DNA of 32,125 nt from Nitrospirota bacterium (GTDB taxonomy: Bacteria; Nitrospirota; UBA9217): positions 1-32,125 of the forward strand of contig DASPSR010000027.1 in the NCBI GenBank assembly GCA_035623825.1. Reading direction: 5' to 3'. Under the pieces are notes generated by a model, which saw only the letters and a program-made list of their open reading frames with translations, had not been told where the DNA came from and ran no database searches. The translations under genes and the position numbers were made by a program. Numbering within the stretch: position 1 is the first letter of the stretch; the number at the start of each line of letters is the position of its first letter. Shown piece by piece: positions 8,814 through 17,677 of the stretch.

Positions 8814-10169
8814 CTATCGCGCTCCCCTTCCGAAAAGCATGACCTTAATTGTTTCGATGAAAATCAGCAAATCGAGATAAAAAGAAACATTCTTTATATA
8901 ATAAAGATCATGTCTCAATTTTTCGACAGCATCTTCAACCGATGCGCCATAAGGATAACGTATCTGCGCCCACCCGGTTACTCCCGGCTTCAGAAAGTGT
9001 CTTTCGGAATAATAGGGAATGCACTTTTTCAGCTCACTGACGAACTCCGGTCGTTCAGGTCTCGGCCCAATGAAGCTCATCTCACCCTTGAGCACATTAA
9101 AGAGCTGTGGCAGTTCGTCGATCCTGGTCCTTCGAAGCAGTTTTCCGAGCCTCGTGACACGGGGATCATCCTTTTGCGCCCAGACAGCACCTGTGCTGTT
9201 CTCGGCGTCCTGACGCATGGTCCTGAACTTATACAGGACGAACGTCTTTTCCAGCTCCCCAACGCGCACCTGTCTGAAAAAAACAGGGCCCCCGGAGTCA
9301 AGCTTGATCATAAGCGCCACCAGAGGCAATAAAGGCATGGCCATAAGCAGGCACAGAAACGAAAATACCATATCGAATATCCTCTTACGGACTCTCTTGG
9401 AAGCGTTCATTCTGAAGCCATTGGAAAAAATGAACCAGCTCGGTGTAGTATTTTCAATGAGCAGCTTTCCCGTCATCTCTTCATAAAACGAAGGAGCGTC
9501 GATGACTTCGATGCCGCTGAATTTGCAGTTCAGGACGTCCTGAACCGGGAAAAACCCTCTCCGTTCAGAGAGGGACACCACGAGCTTGTGAGCTTGCTTC
9601 TGCCTGACTGTTTCCACAAGCCCATTTCCGTTACCGACGATAGCTTCTGGGGGAACCTGAGCCGACTCACCGGTCAGATTGACATAGCCCTTGAGTATAT
9701 GCTGATGGTTGGTTGTAGTGATGAGATCACCGATTTTCTTCGCTAGCGGACCAGTCCCGAGCACCAGGACCCTTCGTGCAAAGCCGGAAGAATGCATCAG
9801 GAGCGAATGTCCCGCGTGTAGCAGAAATTGGAATAGACCAAAGAAGCCGAGCGAGAAGATAAGCAGCCCCCTCCCGAGCATCAAAGAAGGCACGCTATAG
9901 TATACCGGGGTGAGTGTCAGGAACGAGACCACCAGCGCAATGAGGATGCGGATAGCGATCTCTCTTTTCCTCTGCTGTTTATCAGAATCATAAAGCTCTA
10001 ATAGATAGGAGGAAAACATGACGAACATCGCGAACACCAGTAGCCGCTGCACATCTAGAGTGTCAAGATAAATTTCACTCAAGGATCCAAATCTCAGAAG
10101 GCATGCTGCATGCACTGCCAAGATTGACAGCAACGCATCCCCTAGCACCAATGTCAACGTCGATTTCAT
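8814..10169 (-). CDS. Priming polyprenyl glycosylphosphotransferase, PEP-CTERM system type (TIGR03013-like)
   Basis: N-terminal TMs, VLVLGTG Rossmann-like segment, C-terminal Bac_transf motifs KRIFD, KFRTM, DPRVT, RIDELPQLFNVLKGEMSFIGPRPE, KPGVTGWAQ. Confidence 0.95.
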   Translation of the reverse strand: MKSTLTLVLGDALLSILAVHAACLLRFGSLSEIYLDTLDVQRLLVFAMFVMFSSYLLELYDSDKQQRKREIAIRILIALVVSFLTLTPVYYSVPSLMLGRGLLIFSLGFFGLFQFLLHAGHSLLMHSSGFARRVLVLGTGPLAKKIGDLITTTNHQHILKGYVNLTGESAQVPPEAIVGNGNGLVETVRQKQAHKLVVSLSERRGFFPVQDVLNCKFSGIEVIDAPSFYEEMTGKLLIENTTPSWFIFSNGFRMNASKRVRKRIFDMVFSFLCLLMAMPLLPLVALMIKLDSGGPVFFRQVRVGELEKTFVLYKFRTMRQDAENSTGAVWAQKDDPRVTRLGKLLRRTRIDELPQLFNVLKGEMSFIGPRPERPEFVSELKKCIPYYSERHFLKPGVTGWAQIRYPYGASVEDAVEKLRHDLYYIKNVSFYLDLLIFIETIKVMLFGRGAR

Positions 10170-10230
10170 GTTATGGAGACCTTAATAATATGCACTGGGT
10201 TAAATTTTCAAAGCCGAGGACTTGTTTTTG

Positions 10231-10276
10231 CAATGCTCCGCCCTCTCAGTTACAAGGGAATAACTGCAAGGGGGCG
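10231..10276 (-). promoter_or_regulatory. Hairpin with overlapping ops-like sequence GGCGGAGCATTG (candidate loading site for the NusG paralog)
   Basis: Minus strand CGCCCCCTTGCAGTTA-TTCCCTTG-TAACTGAGAGGGCGGAGCATTG. It sits 61 nt upstream of the transferase ATG and just downstream of the antiterminator gene. Confidence 0.45.
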
Positions 10277-10362
10277 TGATACACACTTCAAGATACGATG
10301 TGCTGCATGGAACGTTCTTGAAGGCCAGTCAGGTGAAACTCTCAGCTAAACCTCTATAGTTG

Positions 10363-10935
10363 TCAAACTGACTCAATGTCATGAACAGAGACCTTGACGG
10401 CAACACTCCTGCCGAGAAGTTCTATGTTCACCACAAACAGATATTCATTTTCACGCTTCGTGAGGACCCCTTCGGCGTATTTGAGCGGCCCGTTTTTTAC
10501 TCTTATCCTTGTCCCCTCCTTGAAATGGGGATAGATATCGATATCCTTGCCGCTCTCAATGAGAAGCCTCAGAGAAGCGATCTCTTCAGGAGCCGCGGGT
10601 GTCGGTTTGCCCGGCTCCAGGGCGATGAAGGCCACCACGCCTCGCGTCTTGAGCACATCGAGAAACGCGCCAGGATAAGGAGGCACCTGCACAAAGACAT
10701 ATCCCGGGAAAATGGGATATTCAATGAGTTTCCTTCGGTCTTTCCAATGGCTGATCCTCTTTACCAAGGGTAGAAAAGCCTCAACGCCTTTCCGTTGCAA
10801 TTCACAGAAGGCAACAAATTCATGCCGAGATTTCACATAGACGGCATACCAATTCGGATTTGTCGCTATCGCGCTCCGGTCCTGCACCATGGTCTCTGAA
10901 ATCGTACTTTCATGAACAACGGCTAACTGATCCAC
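10363..10935 (-). CDS. upxY: UpxY/RfaH-like specialised NusG-family transcription antiterminator
   Basis: WYAVYVKSRHE, FLPL...W.DR.K....PIFPGYVFV (NGN domain), and KOW GTRIRVKNGPL. GTG start lies 7 nt after AAAGGA. Confidence 0.88.
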   Translation of the reverse strand: MDQLAVVHESTISETMVQDRSAIATNPNWYAVYVKSRHEFVAFCELQRKGVEAFLPLVKRISHWKDRRKLIEYPIFPGYVFVQVPPYPGAFLDVLKTRGVVAFIALEPGKPTPAAPEEIASLRLLIESGKDIDIYPHFKEGTRIRVKNGPLKYAEGVLTKRENEYLFVVNIELLGRSVAVKVSVHDIESV

Positions 10936-11003
10936 AGCATTGTCCTTTCCACTCTATCAAAATCGAGAGTTTTGGGGTCGCCGCTCAACATCTTGATGCC
11001 GAT

Positions 11004-11903
11004 TTACTCTTCCCCTAGGCCAAGCGCCTCAAGCAGTGCAGAGCGGTTGATTGTGATCTTCGGCTCAGGCTCAGGCTGCTTGGAACCCCAGTAGAGATTT
11101 TCGAAATCGAGGTCCTCGACAATGTCTCTTACCATGGAGGCATCGACGGTTTTCTTCTCTTCGATAAAAGCCGTCAGTAAGAGATAATCACACATGATAT
11201 TCACCAACCGCGGGATGCCTTTGCAGTATTTGAAGATGACATCCATGCAACCATCGGAGAATATCACAGCTTCTCGGTTGCCTGCGACCTCGAGCCGATG
11301 AAGAATATACTCCTCGGTCTCTAATCTAGTCAGAGGATTAATGCGGCAACTAATACTAATCCTCTGCCGCAACTGCCGCAGTTCTGGACGGGCAAGGAGA
11401 TCGCGAATTTCAGGCTGTCCGACCAGGATGATCTGCAGGAGTTTGGCAGTATCGGTCTCGAGATTCGACAGCATCCTGATTTCTTCGAGAAGATCGGGCT
11501 TCAGGTTCTGCGCCTCGTCTATGATCAGCACTGAGTTGTTTCCTCGGGCATGCTGCTCGATCAGATAATCGTTAAGTTCATTTAACATATCGACCTTATC
11601 TTTGCCCTTTACATCAAGCCCAAAATCAGTGTTGATCATCGCGATGAGCTGATGGGAATTTACTTTGGTATTGAACACCCTCGAAAGGTTGATGTTTGCA
11701 TCGATCCGATTTATGAGATCGCTGATCAGGGTGGTTTTTCCGGATCCCACTTCCCCGGACAGAAGTATGAATCCGGCTCTTTCTTTTACACCGTAGTAAA
11801 GATAATACATGGCCCTTTTGTGGCTCCTGCTCATGTACAGAAAATCAGGATTAGGAACCAGTTCGAACGGTTTTGTCTTAAGATTAAAGAATGCTTCGTA
11901 CAT
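11004..11903 (-). CDS. XrtA/PEP-CTERM system-associated ExeA/GspA-family AAA ATPase (TIGR03015-like)
   Basis: MYEAFFNLKTKPFELVPNP, Walker A GEVGSGKT, Walker B LIIDEAQNL, LEEIRMLSNLE, LVGQPE, GIPRLVN. Confidence 0.92.
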   Translation of the reverse strand: MYEAFFNLKTKPFELVPNPDFLYMSRSHKRAMYYLYYGVKERAGFILLSGEVGSGKTTLISDLINRIDANINLSRVFNTKVNSHQLIAMINTDFGLDVKGKDKVDMLNELNDYLIEQHARGNNSVLIIDEAQNLKPDLLEEIRMLSNLETDTAKLLQIILVGQPEIRDLLARPELRQLRQRISISCRINPLTRLETEEYILHRLEVAGNREAVIFSDGCMDVIFKYCKGIPRLVNIMCDYLLLTAFIEEKKTVDASMVRDIVEDLDFENLYWGSKQPEPEPKITINRSALLEALGLGEE

Positions 11904-11981
11904 ATATCCTTCTTTGCGTTCTCGAGTTGGTGTACGGTGACGCTTATAGTGATCGTTTAGCCTCGGGAATATCCGCCTTAT

Positions 11982-12012
11982 CCCGGCGCGATTATCTTAA
12001 CATCGCTCCGGG
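11982..12012. other. GC-rich intergenic stem-loop
   Basis: CCCGGCGCGAT-9 nt-ATCGCTCCGGG, 10 of 11 pairs. No U-tract on either strand. Confidence 0.55.
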
Positions 12013-12018
12013 CTCTCG

Positions 12019-12396
12019 TTATTGTCCTGGGCTTTCTCCGCATCCACGCATCTTTTGATTGACTAATGATCTGAACTTATTGTAATCAAGCGGCTTTATC
12101 ATGCAATGAGACAAAGACTTATCGAAACGCTCAAGTGTCATCATCAGTTCTCTGCTTATGTTGTCAGAAAGGATGATGGTCGGAATCCTCGCCTGCTTCA
12201 GTTTTTCAAGGAGATACGCGCCAAAGGGATAGCTCGTTATGACCAGCCCGAAATCGTTGTCCTTTATTATCGAATCAACCTGATGGACATCGCAGATAGC
12301 GTTCGTCCCGTATCCCTCTTTTTCAAGAATCGCAGAGCAAATCCGCGAAAATCCAGACTCATCAAAAATCAGTATCTTTTTCTTTATCGTTTCCAT
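12019..12396 (-). CDS. Single-domain atypical (pseudo-)receiver protein
   Basis: CheY-like pattern KILIFDE ... LVITS ... PTIILS ... IKPLD. Ser replaces the phospho-acceptor Asp. Confidence 0.75.
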   Translation of the reverse strand: METIKKKILIFDESGFSRICSAILEKEGYGTNAICDVHQVDSIIKDNDFGLVITSYPFGAYLLEKLKQARIPTIILSDNISRELMMTLERFDKSLSHCMIKPLDYNKFRSLVNQKMRGCGESPGQ

Positions 12397-12413
12397 AATA
12401 TCGCAATTAAATA

Positions 12414-12429
12414 AGCAAGTTTAATGCCT
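12414..12429 (-). promoter_or_regulatory. Sigma-54 promoter for the leftward EPS operon
   Basis: Minus strand AGGCAT-TAAAC-TTGCT matches the -24/-12 consensus TGGCAC-N5-TTGC with exact spacing. Confidence 0.7.
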
Positions 12430-12490
12430 GTTGCAAGGGTGCTTGTTTTCAAAGCAATTCATAAAAAATTAATCCATAGAATGCATAAGG

Positions 12491-12613
12491 TGTTTCTAGA
12501 GGAAACATATATGCAAGAATACCTAAGTTTTATCCTGTATCCATTAGAAACACAATCAGGATTGCTGATATTAATTAACCTGTTCTGAATTATGATTGTT
12601 TCCTTAAGAAACA
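12491..12613. promoter_or_regulatory. Three palindromic TGTWTC-N5-GAAACA boxes, candidate enhancer (bEBP) sites
   Basis: TGTTTCtagagGAAACA 12491-12507; TGTATCcattaGAAACA 12536-12552; TGTTTCcttaaGAAACA 12597-12613. Confidence 0.75.
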
Positions 12614-12824
12614 TATTTTCTTGCTTGTGAACTTCACAAATCGATGATTCTGACCAAGCAGAAGATCGATAATACTTTATTCCTTCATCGGTCATTCCCT
12701 TCACAAAGAATTTCACTGGCTATCTATTAGGGCAATAGTTTCAATAATTTCTCTCTCTTTTCGTCATCATCGCACATACATGTTGCTTCGTCCCTCAAAA
12801 AGTCCCGGTGACACTATTCCTCAA

Positions 12825-12840
12825 CGGCATGTTTTTTGCT
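12825..12840 (+). promoter_or_regulatory. Sigma-54 promoter for the rightward surface-protein operon
   Basis: CGGCAT-GTTTT-TTGCT with exact -24/-12 spacing. Confidence 0.7.
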
Positions 12841-13204
12841 TTTGAAATTTACGAACTGATTCCAGATCTGCAAGTTTATATTATTTCGGTTATCAGTGCC
12901 GTCGGAACAGACATGGTCTTGAGAATACCAAGAAGAAGATCTTTCTTTTTTGTAATTCTGATTTAAGGAGATGATGGTTCAATTTTCTTTCGATAAGCCG
13001 GCTTTTTGAACTGGATGCAGCTACTTATACCATCATCAGAATGACGTAATTGATAGTGCCGAAGCCCTTTGGCATATCCGATAGTTATATACGATGAAGG
13101 CATGGAACGAGCCGATGTTTGCACTCTTTTATTTATTCACATTTCTTGCCTCATATTATTTGACAAACAATTAATTAATTTAAGTAATTTACGGGGGGGA
13201 GCTT

Positions 13205-16200
13205 ATGAAATTAGATTTTATTAGAAGCTTCAGGTTGCGGGCATGTACTATCTCTAGCCTGATCAGCTATTTGCTGAGAATCCAGTCCTCATCGACGCTG
13301 TCTCGCATTTTTAAGGACCTCGGTATTGTCGGATTAATCTGTCTGATCACTTTCGCAGGTATGCGCTCAGCGGATGCAAACTTATCTGGTGTAACAGCTA
13401 TATCCGCAGGATACCATTATACATTAGCATTGAAGAGTGACGGAACGGTTGTTGGTTGGGGTGATAACTCTAGTGGTACGACGGATGTCTCGGGCTTATC
13501 CGGGGTGAAGGCCATAGCTGCCGGATATGAACATGCCCTCGCGCTGTTGAACGACGGATCTGTGGTGGCTTGGGGTTGGAATTCTTATGGCCAGACCAAT
13601 GTGCCAGACCTTACCAGTGTCATTGCCATAGGAGCAGGATATGGCCATAGTGTAGCCTTACAGAGTAACGGCACGGTGGTTGCCTGGGGATATAACGGCA
13701 ACGGCCAAACGAATGTGCCTACGGGTTTAACCGGGGTAACTGCCATATCCGTAGGATACAATCATACTTTAGCTCTCAAGAGTGACGGCACGGTGGTTGC
13801 CTGGGGCGCCGGACAAGCCGGAGGGACTGGCGCGGATGATATGGGACAATCGATCGTGCCTACGGGCTTATCCGGTGTGAAAGCCATAGCAGCGGGCTAC
13901 CGATTTTCGGCAGCTGTCAAAAGTGACGGAACGGTGGTGGTTTGGGGAGACGACACTGATGGCGAGATATCGAATATGCCTGACGGCTTATCCAGTGTGA
14001 ACGCCATAGCAGCGGGATATCATCATATAGTGGCGATCAAGACCGACAAGACCGTGGTGGCTTGGGGTGCCGGGGGCATCGGACAAACATCACGCCAGTT
14101 TGATTACGAGCAGTCGATGGTACCGGCACTAGATGCATCCGGAGTGACCGCTGTAACCGCAGGGCAGGTCAATACCGAAGTTCTTAAGAGCGATGGGACC
14201 GTGGTGGGTTTTGGTGGAAACTCGGATGGACAGGTATCGCCAGATCTGCCCGTTTTGACAAAGGACAGTATTGTCTCGAACAATACCAACACAACCATTG
14301 CGGTACCCGGTAATACGGTCACCTTGAACATCACTGCATCAGGTATTATCAGCGCTCCGACCGCAACTATAGGCGGGGATGGTTTTAATATCCCCGGAAA
14401 TGCGGCGACCGTAAGCGGCAGCGGCACAAGCTGGACGGCATCATATGTTATGACTCCCAGTGACATTCAAGGGACCGTATACTTCATTATCAGTTACAGT
14501 GATTCGTACGGCAATAAAGGGGTACTAGAAAATCCTACGTTGGATGGAAGCACCGTTACTTTTTCTCTGGCCTCGCCAACAACCACAACTTTATCATCAT
14601 CGTCACTTACCCCGATATTCGGCGCATCCGTGACCTTCACGGCCGTCGTCAGCGGTACGACCGGCACGCCGACCGGTTCAGTGACATTCATGGATGGTAT
14701 AACGACCCTTGGCTTGGGACCGCTTAACGGTAGCGGGACCGCCGCCTTTGCAACATCTTCCCTCGGTATAGGGTCGCACTCGATTACAGCTACCTACACC
14801 GGAGATGCGACCGATTCCGCATCGACATCGAATACAGTTTCTGTGACCGTAAACAAGGCTTCTACATCGACGGCTCTCACAGTCACTCCCAATCCGTCGG
14901 TTTACGGCGGTTCGGTCACCTTCACGGCCACTGTCACAAGCAGCACGGCCGGTACGCCGACCGGTTCAGTGACGTTCCTGGATGGATCAACAGTCCTTGG
15001 CACAGGCCCTGTGTCCGGCGGCATGGCCACATATGCCACGACCACACTTGGTTTGGGGTCGCACTCGATCACGGCGGTCTACGGTGGTGACACAAGCTTC
15101 TCAACGTCAACATCACCTGCCGTCACGCAGACCGTAAACCAGGCTTCTACATCGACGGCTCTCACAGTCACTCCCAATCCGTCGCTTTACGGCGGTTCGG
15201 TCACCTTCACGGCCACTGTCACAAGCAGCGGAGGCGCGCCGACCGGTTCGGTGACGTTCAAGGATGGATCAACAGTCCTTGGCACAGGCACTGTGTCCGG
15301 CGGCACGGCCACCTACGCCACGACCTCCCTTAATGCGGGAACACATTCGATCACGGCGGCCTACGGTGGTGACACAAACTTTGTAGCGTCAACGTCACCT
15401 GTTACAACTCAGACCGTGAACCAGGCTCCGACAACGATGTCAATCGGCGCTCCTGCGGTAACGTACAACGCAAACGGCGTCGTGACTGTTGCCGTGAGCT
15501 CCTCTGGTTCCCCCGCTGTTACGGGTAGTGTGTCCTTAATCGTGGACAGCGGAGCGGCAACGACGCTGACATTGAGCAACGGTTCCGCATCCTTCACGAT
15601 CACCAGCCCGGGTGTGAGCAGCCATTCCTTAAGCGCATCATATGCTGCGCAGGGCAATTTCGCGGCGAGTTCGATTACCGGCACATTGACAGTAAACCCG
15701 GCGCCGACAACTACGACGATCAGCGCGCCTACGATTGCATATGGCGCAAACGGTAGTGTGACCGTTAAGGTGAGTTCGGGGACTCTCAGCCCCACGGGCA
15801 ACGTCTACTTGTATGTGGACGGCGCAACAACACCGATGCCGGGATCAATAACGGGCACCGGACAATACACATTCACAATTACCAACCCGTCTCTTGGTAC
15901 CCATAGCTTATCTGCATCGTATTTGGCGGACGGCAACTTCGCGGCAAGCTCAGCAACCGGCCAGTTGACCGTCGGTGGGTCAGCGACCACAACGACGATC
16001 ACCCAGCCTGCTACAGCCACGTATGGCGCACAAGCCAGCGTGACAGTGACCGTAAGCTCAGGGTCAGGGACGCCGACAGGCAGCGTGTCACTGAGTCTCG
16101 ACGGCACGCCATTGACGGGGCCGGGACTTGTTAATGGATCTACAACCTTCACGTTCAACAGCCCGGGTGCTGGCAGTCACGTCCTAAGCGCATCATATTC

Positions 16201-17572
16201 CGCACAGGGCAACTTCGCGGCAAGTTCGGGTACCGGCAATTTGATCGTGAATCAGGCAGTACTCACGGTGACGGCGAACAACGCGAGCAAGACCTATAAC
16301 ACTGCTAACCCGGTGTTCACGGCAAGTTACACCGGGTTTGTGAATGGGGATCCGCAGACAGTGCTTACCGGCACCCCATCACTGTCCACCACGGCAACAA
16401 CGGCGAGTTCAGTGGGCACCTATCCCATAAATGCGGTTGTCGGCAGTCTTTCGTCAACCAACTACAGCTTTAAATTTGTGAATGGCACGCTGACGGTGAC
16501 GCCGGCGTCGACAACAACAAGCGTCATCTCGTCTGCAAATCCATCGATATTAGGCGCTTCCGTGACATTTACGGCCACTGTTGCAAGCGGGACATCCGGC
16601 ATTCCAACTGGTTCGGTGACGTTCAAGGAGGGAACAACGACCCTTGGCACGGGAACGCTTAACGGCAGCGGGATAGCCACCTATTCCACGTCCGCTCTTG
16701 GTTTAGGGTCACACTCGATCACGGCGGTTTACGGCGGTGATGCGAACTTCGCCTCATCGACAACGCTGTCTGGCGTCAATGAGGCCGTAAATCAGATACC
16801 GACGTCTGCGCTAGTGACCGCCAATTCTAACCCGTCGATATTCGGAGGATCGGTCACCTTCACGGCTACTGTCACAAGCAGCGGGGGTACGCCGACCGGT
16901 TCGGTGACGTTCAATGATGGCGCATCGGCCCTTGGCACTGTCACTTTGTCCGGCGGCAAGGCCGCTTACACCACGTCCGCCCTGGTCGGGGGCGCGCACT
17001 CGATCACGGTGGCCTACAGTGGTGACACAAACTTTGCGACGACAACGTCACCCGCCATCACCCAGACCGTGAACACTACATCATCGTCAACGACCATCGC
17101 GTCAACTTTCGACCCGCTGGCCTATGGAGAGTCGGTCACCTTCACGGCAACGGTGACCCCGTCCGCGTCAACAGGGACGGTGACGTTCATGGACGGTGCA
17201 ACGACCCTTGGCACGGGCACCTTGTCAAGCGGCACGGCAACGTACGGTACCTCGGCATTGTCAGTTGGACCTCATAACATAACTGCGCAATATGGTGGGA
17301 ACACGAACTTCGCACCATCGAGTTCAGCGGCTCTTCCAGTTACCGTACTGATAGCCGATGGTAAGCTCGATGGTTCGGGGACTCAAGTTGATGTAACCGA
17401 TGCCCTCATGGCTCTTCGGATCGCTGCCGGAATAGATACCCCTACGGCCTCCGATCTTGCCCATGGAGACGTGGCCCCTCTGATAGATGGCCAGCGTCAA
17501 CCGGATGGGAAGATCGATATAGATGATGTCGTGGCAATCCTGAGAAAGGCGGCAGGACTACCAAGCTGGTAA
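13205..17572 (+). CDS. Large secreted surface protein: 7-blade RCC1/BLIP-II-like propeller, Ig-like group 3 repeats, MBG domain, C-terminal dockerin-like domain
   Basis: Seven AI.AG..H..ALKSDGTVV.WG repeats. About nine 'GGSVTFTATV...PTGSVTF.DG...LG..HSITA.Y.GD' Ig units. MBG-like LTVTANNASKTY...FVNGD. C-terminal ...VDVTDALMALRIAAG...GDVAP...PDGKIDIDDVVAILRKAAGL. Confidence 0.9.
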   Translation: MKLDFIRSFRLRACTISSLISYLLRIQSSSTLSRIFKDLGIVGLICLITFAGMRSADANLSGVTAISAGYHYTLALKSDGTVVGWGDNSSGTTDVSGLSGVKAIAAGYEHALALLNDGSVVAWGWNSYGQTNVPDLTSVIAIGAGYGHSVALQSNGTVVAWGYNGNGQTNVPTGLTGVTAISVGYNHTLALKSDGTVVAWGAGQAGGTGADDMGQSIVPTGLSGVKAIAAGYRFSAAVKSDGTVVVWGDDTDGEISNMPDGLSSVNAIAAGYHHIVAIKTDKTVVAWGAGGIGQTSRQFDYEQSMVPALDASGVTAVTAGQVNTEVLKSDGTVVGFGGNSDGQVSPDLPVLTKDSIVSNNTNTTIAVPGNTVTLNITASGIISAPTATIGGDGFNIPGNAATVSGSGTSWTASYVMTPSDIQGTVYFIISYSDSYGNKGVLENPTLDGSTVTFSLASPTTTTLSSSSLTPIFGASVTFTAVVSGTTGTPTGSVTFMDGITTLGLGPLNGSGTAAFATSSLGIGSHSITATYTGDATDSASTSNTVSVTVNKASTSTALTVTPNPSVYGGSVTFTATVTSSTAGTPTGSVTFLDGSTVLGTGPVSGGMATYATTTLGLGSHSITAVYGGDTSFSTSTSPAVTQTVNQASTSTALTVTPNPSLYGGSVTFTATVTSSGGAPTGSVTFKDGSTVLGTGTVSGGTATYATTSLNAGTHSITAAYGGDTNFVASTSPVTTQTVNQAPTTMSIGAPAVTYNANGVVTVAVSSSGSPAVTGSVSLIVDSGAATTLTLSNGSASFTITSPGVSSHSLSASYAAQGNFAASSITGTLTVNPAPTTTTISAPTIAYGANGSVTVKVSSGTLSPTGNVYLYVDGATTPMPGSITGTGQYTFTITNPSLGTHSLSASYLADGNFAASSATGQLTVGGSATTTTITQPATATYGAQASVTVTVSSGSGTPTGSVSLSLDGTPLTGPGLVNGSTTFTFNSPGAGSHVLSASYSAQGNFAASSGTGNLIVNQAVLTVTANNASKTYNTANPVFTASYTGFVNGDPQTVLTGTPSLSTTATTASSVGTYPINAVVGSLSSTNYSFKFVNGTLTVTPASTTTSVISSANPSILGASVTFTATVASGTSGIPTGSVTFKEGTTTLGTGTLNGSGIATYSTSALGLGSHSITAVYGGDANFASSTTLSGVNEAVNQIPTSALVTANSNPSIFGGSVTFTATVTSSGGTPTGSVTFNDGASALGTVTLSGGKAAYTTSALVGGAHSITVAYSGDTNFATTTSPAITQTVNTTSSSTTIASTFDPLAYGESVTFTATVTPSASTGTVTFMDGATTLGTGTLSSGTATYGTSALSVGPHNITAQYGGNTNFAPSSSAALPVTVLIADGKLDGSGTQVDVTDALMALRIAAGIDTPTASDLAHGDVAPLIDGQRQPDGKIDIDDVVAILRKAAGLPSW
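14846..15415 (+). repeat. Tandem duplication of a 285-nt Ig-domain unit
   Basis: ACCGTAAAC(A/C)AGGCTTCTACATCGACGGCTCTCACAGTCACTCCCAATCCGTCG... starts at both 14846 and 15131. Confidence 0.9.
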
Positions 17573-17677
17573 AAAGTCGTTCATGATGGCAGGGTCTCAT
17601 GGTATGGTCAGGCTTATAACGCTTACATGCGTCAGTGGTTACACGGCACGTATAAATATTTCAGGAGGATTAAATAC

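Noticed and set aside
12459-12716. 85-aa minus-strand ORF
   Set aside because: Lies in the AT-rich regulatory region over the palindromic boxes and has no recognisable motif.
12851-13204. c-di-GMP-I (GEMM) riboswitch in the leader
   Set aside because: I could not find the characteristic GCAAA/GNRA-receptor architecture.
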